In this document: piece by piece, positions 1 through 8,721 of the stretch
Numbering within the stretch: the first letter of the stretch is position 1
How the letters are laid out: every line of letters begins with the position of its first letter
Assembly: GCA_038317095.1 (NCBI GenBank)
Contig: JBBQBB010000005.1
Coordinates: 20,022 to 84,021 of the forward strand
Source of the DNA: Bacteroidia bacterium
GTDB taxonomy: Bacteria; Bacteroidota; Bacteroidia; NS11-12g; UBA955
Direction: 5' to 3'
Length of the DNA stretch: 64,000 nucleotides
Notes under the pieces: generated by a model
The model's input: the letters and a program-made list of their open reading frames with translations, nothing else
Databases searched by the model: none
What the model was told of the DNA's origin: nothing
Position numbers and translations under genes: made by a program

Positions 1-393
1 TGCGTCTTCAATTATGTCGGTAAGAAAATGCGCAGGGGTATGCGGATTTAGAGCAATCCCTGCTTTCATCCCTTGCTTTCTTATCTCTGCTAACGTACGA
101 TGAAGGTGCGTACAGGCTTCAAAATGGACTGATAATACATTTGCTCCTACTTCGGCAAAAGTAGAAATATACCTATCTGGATCTACAATCATTAAATGCA
201 CATCTAGGGGTTTTGTGGCGTTTTTGGCAATTGCTTTTACGACCGGAAAACCAAAAGAGATGTTAGGTACAAAAACACCGTCCATGATATCTACATGGAA
301 CCAATCGGCGTTGCTACTGTTGATCATTTCTACATCACGTTGTAGGTTGCCAAAATCGGCAGAAAGTATGGACGGGGCAATAAGCACAGACAT
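1..393 (-). CDS. rpe: ribulose-phosphate 3-epimerase (3' end cut by window edge)
   Basis: Hand translation of the minus strand from ATG 393 gives MSVLIAPSILSADFGNLQRDVEMINSSNADWFHVDIMDGVFVPNISFGFPV..., a classic Rpe N-terminus. The ORF runs off the window start and is absent from the ORF track. Confidence 0.9.
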   Translation of the reverse strand, partial: MSVLIAPSILSADFGNLQRDVEMINSSNADWFHVDIMDGVFVPNISFGFPVVKAIAKNATKPLDVHLMIVDPDRYISTFAEVGANVLSVHFEACTHLHRTLAEIRKQGMKAGIALNPHTPAHFLTDIIEDA

Positions 394-509
394 GGGGCAA
401 AGTTAAGGTTTTGGACCACAGTATTTTGTGTATTTCTGATGAAGTTCAATGAAACTGGAATGGAAAATGCAGATTTTGCACGAACTATCTTATTTTTGAA
501 TTTACTACC

Positions 510-1340
510 ATGCGAATCGCAAGGAATTTTTTACCTATAATTGCTATACCCATTATCGCATTTGCTTTTGAATTGCCGGTCATGTTTGGAGATGCTGCAA
601 TCCACTTTGGTGCAACTGAAATGGTGAGTTTAACCCAGGATTTGCAAAAAATAGATAAAGAAAAAATTTACCCTGAATGTCCGGACCATTTGTATACCTA
701 CAAAACATTTTTGGATTCTATGACAGGTCGCAGTCTGAAATTGAGACTGTTTTACAACAAATTTGGACTGGGAAAGTTTGTGGCCAATGCGTTGGACTTT
801 ATCCCGGATGGCAGAGAAACTGAAATGGACGTCGAATTGGGTCGTCATTTTTTACAATTTGAATCCACAAATTTCGAAAAGTACTTAAAAAAAGCGAAAC
901 GTAAATTTTGGAAAGAAATTGCGATAGAAGCAAAAGTAAAAAAAATTCCAATTTCCCAAATCAAAAAGGAGTATAAAGAACTGTTGAAATTTGAAAGTGA
1001 ATTGATTGAAGATTTGCTTAAAATGAATGACAATGATCTGCTGCAATTGACCCTGATGTTTAATGAACCTTATTATTCTGATTATCGTTATTGGAGTGGA
1101 GAAACAGATTATGGCAATGACTCCCTTATTTCATATAGAAAGCGTGTCAATAATTTTATGCAATCTATGGCAAACATGTATAAATGGAAAACGAGACTTT
1201 TTGTAATGCAAGCCAATGGCGAAAATGGCATGGATTACGGGTGGTATTTAAATATTAGTACTATGGTAAAATATGATTTTGGAAAAAGTGAAAGGGCCGT
1301 ATTGTTGAGGTTAAAAAAGACAATTGAAATGTTAGAATAA
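510..1340 (+). CDS. hypothetical protein with N-terminal hydrophobic anchor
   Basis: 276-aa ORF with an N-terminal hydrophobic segment (LPIIAIPIIAFAF) and a Lys/Glu-rich helical middle. I recognise no motif. Confidence 0.6.
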   Translation: MRIARNFLPIIAIPIIAFAFELPVMFGDAAIHFGATEMVSLTQDLQKIDKEKIYPECPDHLYTYKTFLDSMTGRSLKLRLFYNKFGLGKFVANALDFIPDGRETEMDVELGRHFLQFESTNFEKYLKKAKRKFWKEIAIEAKVKKIPISQIKKEYKELLKFESELIEDLLKMNDNDLLQLTLMFNEPYYSDYRYWSGETDYGNDSLISYRKRVNNFMQSMANMYKWKTRLFVMQANGENGMDYGWYLNISTMVKYDFGKSERAVLLRLKKTIEMLE

Positions 1341-1379
1341 AAATATATTTGAATTAAAAAATCTATAGTTTAAATTAAA

Positions 1380-2204
1380 TTAAGCCATCATATTTTTATA
1401 CAATGTTATACATTCTGCCGCTTCTTTTACATCGTGTACCCTAAGTATATTTGCTCCTTTAATCAATCCTGCCATATGCAATGCCGTCGTTCCGTTGAGT
1501 GCATTTTCTGCAGAAATATTCAATGCTTTTTGTATCATTCCTTTGCGAGAAATGCCAATTAAAATAGGACGATTAAAAATTTCAAAAGTGGAAATATTTT
1601 TAAACAATAAATAGTTGTGCTCTGTGGTTTTACCGAATCCAAAGCCCGGGTCTATAATCCAATCATAAACTCCAAAAGAATCTAATTGCTTTTTTTTATT
1701 TAAAAAATACTGCACTACTTCTGTAACCACATTTTGATATTCTGGTTTATGCTGCATTGTTTCGGGTTGCCCTTTTTTGTGCATGGCAATATATGGAACC
1801 TGCAATTTGGCAATCAAGGTTAACATGTTTGGGTCGTCGTCGCCTGCCGAAATATCGTTTACCATGTCGGCGCCTGATAGAACTGCAAGATTAGCTACTT
1901 GGGCATGGTATGTGTCGATACTAATCCAAGCTTCAGGAAATGCTTTTTTTACTGCCTCCACGGCTGGAATTGCCCTTTCTGCTTCAAATGTGCTTCCTAT
2001 TTGTTCTGCACCGGGCCTAGTGCTCTGCCCGCCAATGTCCAAAATGGAAGCGCCTTGCTCTAACATTAAACCTGCTTTATCTACAATTTCGGTCAAATCC
2101 ACTCGACTTTTCTCGAAAAATGAATCATTGGTGGCATTGAGAATCCCCATAATTATGGGTTGATCCAAAACAAAAAGTCTGCCTTTTGAATTCAGCGTAT
2201 ACAT
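1380..2204 (-). CDS. folP: dihydropteroate synthase
   Basis: 274 aa with pterin-binding motifs GILNATNDSF and DIGGQSTRPG. The start ATG at 2204 lies 4 nt from the first CACGAATT-type repeat. Confidence 0.93.
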   Translation of the reverse strand: MYTLNSKGRLFVLDQPIIMGILNATNDSFFEKSRVDLTEIVDKAGLMLEQGASILDIGGQSTRPGAEQIGSTFEAERAIPAVEAVKKAFPEAWISIDTYHAQVANLAVLSGADMVNDISAGDDDPNMLTLIAKLQVPYIAMHKKGQPETMQHKPEYQNVVTEVVQYFLNKKKQLDSFGVYDWIIDPGFGFGKTTEHNYLLFKNISTFEIFNRPILIGISRKGMIQKALNISAENALNGTTALHMAGLIKGANILRVHDVKEAAECITLYKNMMA

Positions 2205-2208
2205 TGGT

Positions 2209-2322
2209 GGCGCGAATTACACGAATTACCACGAATTATTTTGCTTTTAGCTTCAGATGTTGCCTAAAAGATTGCCACGAATTACACGAATTGCCACGAA
2301 TTATTTTGCTTTTTGTCGAAAA
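2209..2322 (+). repeat. two copies of the ~51-bp CACGAATT word-repeat unit (left module)
   Basis: ggcgcgaattacacgaattaccacgaattattttgcttttag, then ttgccacgaattacacgaattgccacgaattattttgctttttgtcgaaaa. Same unit and orientation as the array at 2895-3216. Confidence 0.9.
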
Positions 2323-2356
2323 TAGTACTTTGTCAGAAGCCATGAATTATTCGCTT

Positions 2357-2386
2357 CCTTAGTGAAAATTAGAGTAATTAGTGGCT
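2357..2386. repeat. 30-mer ccttagtgaaaattagagtaattagtggct (inverted, degenerate CACtAATT words)
   Basis: Identical 30-mer recurs at 3221-3250, with a diverged copy at 3299-3328. Its reverse complement agCCACtAATTaCtCtAATTttCACtAAgg resembles the CACGAATT unit core. Confidence 0.9.
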
Positions 2387-2498
2387 TAACTATGAACGAA
2401 TGAAGCTCGACAATAGAAAGAATCCATTTGCATTTTTAGTTCAAATTAGTGGCTTTTTAACCGCAAAGTATTAAACATTTTTATATGTCGGAATGAAT

Positions 2499-2873
2499 TT
2501 AGAATACAAATCGTTTGGTTTCAAGTGATTTTCCAGAAAAATTTGCAAGGATACCCAATTGATTGCCCGAAACTTTTAAATAGTTAATTAATTGTGAGGT
2601 AAAAACTTTAGGTAGGTTTTCTTGTGCTTTTATTTCAAGAATTATTGAATCCATTACTACAAAATCAGCGTAGAACTTATGTTTTAAAACGATCCCCTTA
2701 TACTCAACGTCATATTGCTTTTCACGTTCAAAAGGTATTCGATTTGTTCTAAATTCATATTCGATGGCATCTTTATAAACTATCTCCAAAAAACCGGGTC
2801 CAAGTTCTCGATGTACCTCCATCAAAATACCGTTGATTTGGTAAAATTCTTCCTTAAATATTAAATCATACAT
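2499..2873 (-). CDS. GxxExxY protein (PD-(D/E)XK nuclease superfamily)
   Basis: 124 aa. GPGFLEIVY carries the GxxExxY signature, and ADFVV...ILEIKA fits a D...E-x-K core. Family TIGR04256/PF13366 recalled from memory. Confidence 0.85.
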   Translation of the reverse strand: MYDLIFKEEFYQINGILMEVHRELGPGFLEIVYKDAIEYEFRTNRIPFEREKQYDVEYKGIVLKHKFYADFVVMDSIILEIKAQENLPKVFTSQLINYLKVSGNQLGILANFSGKSLETKRFVF

Positions 2874-2894
2874 TTGGTTGCGAATTAAGAATAG

Positions 2895-3216
2895 TTGCCA
2901 CGAATTACACGAATTGCCACGAATTGTTTTGCTTTTGGTAAAAGATTGCTACGAATTACACGAATTTCCACGAATTGTTTTGCTTTTGGTAAAAGGTTGC
3001 CACGAATTGTTTTGCTTTTGGTAATAGATTGCCACGAATTACACGAATTTCCACGAATTATTTTGCTTTTTGTAAAAAATTGCCACGAATTACACGAATT
3101 TCCACGAATTATTTTGCTTTTGGTAAAAGGTTGCCACGAATTACACGAATTACCACGAATTATTTTGCTTTTGGTAAAAGATTGCCACGAATTGCACGAA
3201 TTGCCACGAATTGTTA
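2895..3216 (+). repeat. tandem array of seven units (six ~51 bp, one 32-bp deletion variant) built from CACGAATT words
   Basis: Units start at 2895, 2946, 2997 (short), 3029, 3080, 3131 and 3182. Consensus is ttgCCACGAATTaCACGAATTkcCACGAATTrTTTTGCTTTTGGTAAAAGr. There are no unique spacers. Confidence 0.95.
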
Positions 3217-3220
3217 GCAT

Positions 3221-3250
3221 CCTTAGTGAAAATTAGAGTAATTAGTGGCT
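3221..3250. repeat. second exact copy of 30-mer ccttagtgaaaattagagtaattagtggct
   Basis: Exact match to 2357-2386. It sits immediately 3' of the last array unit and could pair with it as an imperfect hairpin. Confidence 0.9.
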
Positions 3251-3298
3251 AAACAGTCAATGAATCACCCAAATATCAGGGACAGTATCCATTAACAT

Positions 3299-3328
3299 CC
3301 TTAGTGCAGATTAGCGTAATTAGTGGCT
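3299..3328. repeat. diverged third copy of the 30-mer (ccttagtgcagattagcgtaattagtggct)
   Basis: Differs from the 30-mer at 4 positions and is preceded by the same 'cat' context as the copy at 3221-3250. Confidence 0.8.
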
Positions 3329-3365
3329 CACAATTCGTCGGATTTAGTTCAATGAATGCTTTTTC

Positions 3366-4778
3366 TCACTTCACACTGTCATCCGGATTACCCACCATAT
3401 CGCCTGGAACTACCCATTGGTCGAACTGCTCTGCCGTGAGTAAACCCAATTTTATGGCAGTTTCTTTTAGGGTGCTGTTTTCTTTATGTGCGGTTTTGGC
3501 AATTTTTGCGGCATTCTCATACCCAATATGCGTGTTCAATGCCGTTACCAACATCAAACTTTGGTCTACCAAACGCTTGATATTATCCACATTGGCTGTA
3601 ATTCCTTGGGCGCAATTGGTGTCGAAGGACAAACAGGCTTGACCCAACAATCTGGCGCTTTGCAGCAAATTTGCAGCAATAACGGGTTTGTAAACGTTCA
3701 ATTCAAAATGACCCTGGGAACCTGCGAATGTAACCGTTACATCATTTCCCATAACTTGGGCACAAACCATCGTCAAAGCTTCTGGCTGGGTAGGATTCAC
3801 CTTACCTGGCATGATAGAAGATCCCGGTTCATTTTCAGGGATACTGATTTCTCCAATTCCACTGCGGGGTCCGCTGCTAAGCATGCGAATGTCGTTGGCA
3901 ATTTTAAATGCACTTACAGCGCAACGTTTGATGGCTCCGTGCAATTCCACCATGGCATCATGTGCAGCTAGTGCTTCAAATTTGTTTACGGCTGTTACCA
4001 GAGGCAAACCTGTTTCAGTAGCTATCAATTGAGCTACCAATTCTGAATAACCTTTGGGAGTATTCAAACCAGTGCCAACAGCCGTTCCACCCAAAGCCAA
4101 TTCGCGCGCTGGAACCATCGCGCGGTTTAATGCGCCAATTCCATTTTCAAGTTGCGCAACATATCCACTAAATTCTTGCCCCAAGGTGAGGGGAGTGGCA
4201 TCCATAAAATGCGTACGACCTATTTTTACGATGTTTTTGAATTCACGGGCCTTGTGTTTTAATGTTGTTTTTAAAGCTTGCAATCCAGGAAGGGTATAAT
4301 CTACGACTTGCTGAAAAACAGCAATGCTCATGGCAGTCGGAAAAGTGTCGTTGCTGCTTTGCGATTTGTTTACATCGTCATTTGGATGCAATTCTTTGTT
4401 TTCATCGGTAAGTTTACCTCCTTTTAATACATGGGCTCTGTTGGCGATCACCTCGTTTAAATTCATATTGCTTTGGGTGCCACTGCCTGTTTGCCATATA
4501 ACCAAAGGAAATTCCTTGTCTAATTTTCCTTCAATGATTTCATCGCAAACTTCGCATATAAGATCTTTTTTATCTTCGCTAAGCACGCCCAATTGGTGAT
4601 TTGCCATGGCAGCGCACTTTTTTAGTACACCAAAGGCACGAATAATCTCCACAGGCATACTGCCTTCCGGACCGATTTTAAAGTTGTTGCGGCTGCGTTC
4701 GGTTTGTGCGCCCCAGTAGTGTTCGGCGGGTACTTTTACCTCGCCCATGGTATCGTGTTCTATGCGGAAGTCTGCCAT
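3366..4778 (-). CDS. fumC: class II fumarate hydratase
   Basis: [13 protein letters not shown] lyase signature and [18 protein letters not shown]-terminus. ATG 4778 preferred over the track start 4826. Confidence 0.95.
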   Translation of the reverse strand: MADFRIEHDTMGEVKVPAEHYWGAQTERSRNNFKIGPEGSMPVEIIRAFGVLKKCAAMANHQLGVLSEDKKDLICEVCDEIIEGKLDKEFPLVIWQTGSGTQSNMNLNEVIANRAHVLKGGKLTDENKELHPNDDVNKSQSSNDTFPTAMSIAVFQQVVDYTLPGLQALKTTLKHKAREFKNIVKIGRTHFMDATPLTLGQEFSGYVAQLENGIGALNRAMVPARELALGGTAVGTGLNTPKGYSELVAQLIATETGLPLVTAVNKFEALAAHDAMVELHGAIKRCAVSAFKIANDIRMLSSGPRSGIGEISIPENEPGSSIMPGKVNPTQPEALTMVCAQVMGNDVTVTFAGSQGHFELNVYKPVIAANLLQSARLLGQACLSFDTNCAQGITANVDNIKRLVDQSLMLVTALNTHIGYENAAKIAKTAHKENSTLKETAIKLGLLTAEQFDQWVVPGDMVGNPDDSVK

Positions 4779-5001
4779 CGTATTTCTTGCCGCGAAAATA
4801 CTTAACTTATCGCAACGCGTTTGCAAATATTCTCTATTTTTTCGATTTGACTTTTATTCAATCAAATTTTTTAGATATTTGCCAAGTGCGAATTGCGTTT
4901 TTTAACCTTGCTTTTTCGCACCATAGAGCCAAAGGTATCCAAGCCGACTGAATGACTGGGAGTATGGTGGTTTGGTTTTAAAAACCGTTAACTTTGCAAG
5001 T

Positions 5002-6336
5002 ATGTTTATAGTGCGTTCCTCTATTTTGATTGTTATTTTAAGCTTTGCAATGGTTGCAAATGCCCAATCAGGCAATTATTGCATTGAAAACCGATTTTCC
5101 GAAACCCCGATGTTTGACAGCAGTCAAATTGTGGTGCAGAAAAATGTAGTTTACAGTGTGCCAAAAAAATGGCCTGGAACGGGGGTGGATACATTAAAGC
5201 TAGATATGTATTACCCAAATTCTACGGCGGATGCCCTTGCATCAAGACCTTGTGTCGTTTTCTTTTATGGGGGTGCCTGGTTGTTGGGGTCCAAAGACGA
5301 TGCCGGAATAAAGCAAAAATGTTTCGATTGGGCCAGACGCGGGTTTGTGGTTGCTGCTCCCAATTACAGACTGGGTTGGAATTGCGCAGCAACAGATTTG
5401 TTTGCCGTTTGTGTCCTTTGCCAAGGTGTTTATTACAATTTAAATACCGCGGTTTATCGCGGTGCACAAGATGGAAAAGCAGCAATGCGATGGATAGTGA
5501 ACAATAAAAACACCTATAAAATAGATACTTCTGCATTGTTTGTGGGTGGGGAAAGTGCAGGGAGTTACAATGCTTTGCACACCGCATATTGGGATCATAA
5601 ATACGCCAAAAAAGTTTTCAATGGCACGCCTTATTCCATTCTTGGAAGCATAGACAGCGCTGGGGCTTATCCTGGAACACCGTTTAGAATCAAAGCGGTT
5701 ATCAATGCATGCGGTGCGGTGGTAAGCGACACTGGTCTGCATTTTAAACGCATACCTATGGTGGCTTTTCACGACCAAGCAGATTGTGTAGTGCCTTACC
5801 AAACCAACCAAACATTGAACTGCTGTGCTACAAGTTTCTTCTGGGCTAAGGGTTCGAAAGATATTTATACGGCATTAACCAATGCTGGTATTCCAACAGA
5901 GTTGCATACTGTGCCGGGTGTAACGCCGCAACATTGTTCTTACCCAAGCGCAACTTTAGTTAAAGAATCGAGTTGTTTTGTTAAGAAGATATTGTGCGGT
6001 TTAAGCCCTTCGGGCAGTACAAATTTCCCAGCAGTTCCTGCCATTAGTTGCAATTCACTTAAGTCGCTGAGAATGCAAGTTTACTATGCAACAGATATTG
6101 TGGTTTATCCTGTTCCTGCTTCAGATAAAATTAGGGTTTCAGGTAATTCTTTGAATCGAATTTTAAAAATAAATTTGATGGAAATGCATGGCAGAATTAT
6201 ATCTTCTTTTGAAATATCGAAAGGCTTAGAAAAATATGAAATAAATATTGCAGATTTGCCGAATGGCATTTATGATTTGCAATTTGTCGATGAAATTGGT
6301 TACCGCAACGCAAAGCGATTTGTTGTTTTGCGGTAA
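5002..6336 (+). CDS. secreted alpha/beta-hydrolase (esterase/lipase) with T9SS type-A C-terminal sorting domain
   Basis: Signal peptide MFIVRSSILIVILSFAMVANAQ. GGESAGS forms a GxSxG nucleophile elbow. The C-terminal ~80 aa (VVYPVPASDKIRV...NGIYDLQF) look like a T9SS CTD. The track start 4972 is also possible. Confidence 0.8.
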   Translation: MFIVRSSILIVILSFAMVANAQSGNYCIENRFSETPMFDSSQIVVQKNVVYSVPKKWPGTGVDTLKLDMYYPNSTADALASRPCVVFFYGGAWLLGSKDDAGIKQKCFDWARRGFVVAAPNYRLGWNCAATDLFAVCVLCQGVYYNLNTAVYRGAQDGKAAMRWIVNNKNTYKIDTSALFVGGESAGSYNALHTAYWDHKYAKKVFNGTPYSILGSIDSAGAYPGTPFRIKAVINACGAVVSDTGLHFKRIPMVAFHDQADCVVPYQTNQTLNCCATSFFWAKGSKDIYTALTNAGIPTELHTVPGVTPQHCSYPSATLVKESSCFVKKILCGLSPSGSTNFPAVPAISCNSLKSLRMQVYYATDIVVYPVPASDKIRVSGNSLNRILKINLMEMHGRIISSFEISKGLEKYEINIADLPNGIYDLQFVDEIGYRNAKRFVVLR

Positions 6337-6490
6337 ACATGGATGAGGTGGGAAAGCATATTTACGCATACCTGACTCCGGCAATGGTAGGGCTCAATCT
6401 GCCGCGGTGTGGAGAGGGCAGACGCAACGTTTTAGAGCAAATAGGTTTTTTGTTTCACGGTTATTAAATAGTTCGAAAAAAATTATGCAC

Positions 6491-6518
6491 GCGCCCCTGC
6501 CTTTGCCGCAGGCAGGTC
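6491..6518. repeat. 28-nt hairpin repeat gcgcccctgcctttgYcgcaggcaggtct (copy 1)
   Basis: Matches 15267-15294 at 27 of 28 positions. Contains the inverted repeat cctgcc/ggcagg. Confidence 0.8.
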
Positions 6519-6613
6519 TGCGTAATTCTAACTTTTATTCAATAACCTAAATAAAAAAAATGCCCCACATTATAGCGGAGCATTTAAACAAACATGAAAA
6601 ATATTTTTGTTTT

Positions 6614-8458
6614 TTATTTTATAACAAGTATTCTGCAACTGATTATTTTTTCTCCTTTTTTGCACCGCACAATATACACTCCTGTGCTCACATTGTTTAA
6701 TTCAATGGTGTTTTTTTCGGGTGAAATTTGTTGCACTTTTTGAACCAAGTTTCCACGCAAATCATATATGGCTATTTCATCCATAACTTCATTGCTTTTA
6801 ATCATAATTTTGTCTACTGCTGGATTAGGATAAACCTGCACCTGCCATTGTCCATTGGTAACAATTTCAACCGTTCCAGGTTTGTTCGGGTCTGGTGTTT
6901 GGGTTTGGTCTTTGCAACCATTCCATTTTGTGTTTTCTGAAATAATATTCACCATTAAATCATTCAAATACTGCATATTTTCTTTCACTCCAGTAGGTTT
7001 TTCATGTGCATTTCCTATGCCACTGTGATCTGTGATGTACACATAATTGCCATTCGTAGCAATAGCCATATATTTCATTAAAAATTCTGTACTTTGGTTT
7101 ATTCCACTGGCAACAATGGGTATGATTTTAATGCCTTTTTGGGCTGCTTTTTCTGTATATTTTCTCACTTTAGCTTTATTTTCTGCACTTTCATGCGGGG
7201 GTGCATCTAGCACCAAAAACATGATTTTTGCTATCGCATTGTCACTCCATTTGAGTCCGTCAATGGCTGTTTCCATGGCATCGTCAACTGCTTCCGGAAA
7301 ATCGCCTCCGCCACCTGCACTTTGGTCGAAAATAAAATTGGCTACCTGCGTAATATTTTCACTAAAATCAGATTTTATTGTCACATATTCATCGCCATGG
7401 TCTTTATAAAAAACGCTGCCCAAATTTAATTTTAAACAAGTATTGTTTTTCTTTACCCTGGTGGCAACATCCAACAATTCTGATTGCAAGTATGAAATCT
7501 CGTCGCCCATACTGCCTGTGGCATCTACCACAAATGCAACATCTGCAACGGCATCCACGGTGGATATAATGGGTAGGTTAAAAACATCTGCACCTCCACT
7601 AAACGGTTTTACTTTAAAATCATAGTTTTTTTCTTGGATTGCTACTACAATTTTATAATTTATAATTTCTTTGGAATCTGCAATTGAAAACATATTTGCC
7701 CACAGTTCAGCATGACCCAAATTGTCGGTAACAGTCTGCCAATACTTTGTTTTATGCTGGTCTGTTAGTTCCACCCGAGCTCCAATAATTGGATTGTTTT
7801 TGCTATCAAAAAATTGCACAGCAAAACGATTTTGGGTATTAAAGCCCCATGTTTTTTGGTATTCTGTAATGTTTGCTTCTTTATTTGTCTCGTTCCATTT
7901 GTCCCAATTGTCTAAGTCGCGCCAATTGCCCGCCGTTATTTGGCCTGCTTTTATACTTGAGCTGCCTTCCCGCGAAGATCCGCCAGTACTCATAAAGCCG
8001 CCTTCCATTGTGGAGGATGAAGCATCAACCCTGCTGCCACGCATTGCCACACCGCCTGTGCTCATTTCTCGTGCCGATGAAGGAATTGATTTTGCAAGTC
8101 CATCTATAAATGAAGTTCTTCTGTTTGAAATCCCAAAATTGCCAATTCCAGGGGTTTGTATGGCAACATGGTAACTGAAATTGTTGCCCATATGTTCTAC
8201 TCCGCTGATTTTTAAATCACTTTCACCGGGTATTTTTACAAGTATATTGTATGTACCATTGGGGAGTTTCGTAAAATGGTAATTTCCCATTAAATCTACT
8301 GAAGCGGAGTCCAGAATTTGTCCTTTTGCATTAATAGCAAATGCCATTGGGTGGTCTGCCTTTAGGGCAATTTGGGTTTGGTGATAACGCCCTGCGAACG
8401 CGAATAGTCCTACTGAAACCGGAATGACTAGCGATTTTACAATCATTGATTTTCTCAT
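6614..8458 (-). CDS. secreted vWA-domain protein with T9SS type-A C-terminal sorting domain
   Basis: Signal peptide from ATG 8458 (MRKSMIVKSLVIPVSVGLFAFA). Carboxypeptidase-regulatory-like stretch GNYHFTKLPNGTYNILV. vWA MIDAS-like VVDATGSMGDE. C-terminal VQVYPNPAVDKIMI...GVYIVRC. The track start 8557 lies in repeat DNA. Confidence 0.85.
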   Translation of the reverse strand: MRKSMIVKSLVIPVSVGLFAFAGRYHQTQIALKADHPMAFAINAKGQILDSASVDLMGNYHFTKLPNGTYNILVKIPGESDLKISGVEHMGNNFSYHVAIQTPGIGNFGISNRRTSFIDGLAKSIPSSAREMSTGGVAMRGSRVDASSSTMEGGFMSTGGSSREGSSSIKAGQITAGNWRDLDNWDKWNETNKEANITEYQKTWGFNTQNRFAVQFFDSKNNPIIGARVELTDQHKTKYWQTVTDNLGHAELWANMFSIADSKEIINYKIVVAIQEKNYDFKVKPFSGGADVFNLPIISTVDAVADVAFVVDATGSMGDEISYLQSELLDVATRVKKNNTCLKLNLGSVFYKDHGDEYVTIKSDFSENITQVANFIFDQSAGGGGDFPEAVDDAMETAIDGLKWSDNAIAKIMFLVLDAPPHESAENKAKVRKYTEKAAQKGIKIIPIVASGINQSTEFLMKYMAIATNGNYVYITDHSGIGNAHEKPTGVKENMQYLNDLMVNIISENTKWNGCKDQTQTPDPNKPGTVEIVTNGQWQVQVYPNPAVDKIMIKSNEVMDEIAIYDLRGNLVQKVQQISPEKNTIELNNVSTGVYIVRCKKGEKIISCRILVIK

Positions 8459-8721
8459 GGATTTGGAGTTGAATTGGGGGTTGATACGAGATGAATGGAA
8501 AAGGTAAATGAGATATAGCCAGTTGTAAATTATTAAGGATTTACGGTTAACGGTCAATGATTAACGGTTAATTTTTAATTATTACGGGTGAATGTGGTGT
8601 ATTGCACATATTTCTTGGGCAGATAGTGCTATCAATAAATTGCCCTGCGGCTTCTTTTAAGACTGTTTAAGCACCCGCTGAAGTACATACCTACATTGTG
8701 GATGCTACATTTGTACGGACT

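Noticed and set aside
2895-3216. Tandem array considered as a CRISPR array
   Set aside because: The whole 51-bp period is repeated and there are no unique spacers between repeats. Units are built from 9-10-nt sub-repeats, and no cas genes are in the window.
2885-3236. ORFs of 111, 113 and 62 aa running through the array on both strands (2885-3220 minus, 2895-3236 plus, 3029-3217 plus)
   Set aside because: They are open only because the 51-bp unit (17 codons) lacks stops in several frames. The 32-bp variant unit shifts the frame, so the peptide repeat changes from PRITRISTNCFAFGKRL to CHELHEFPRIILL. That is incompatible with selection on a protein. They are also low-complexity and lack start context.
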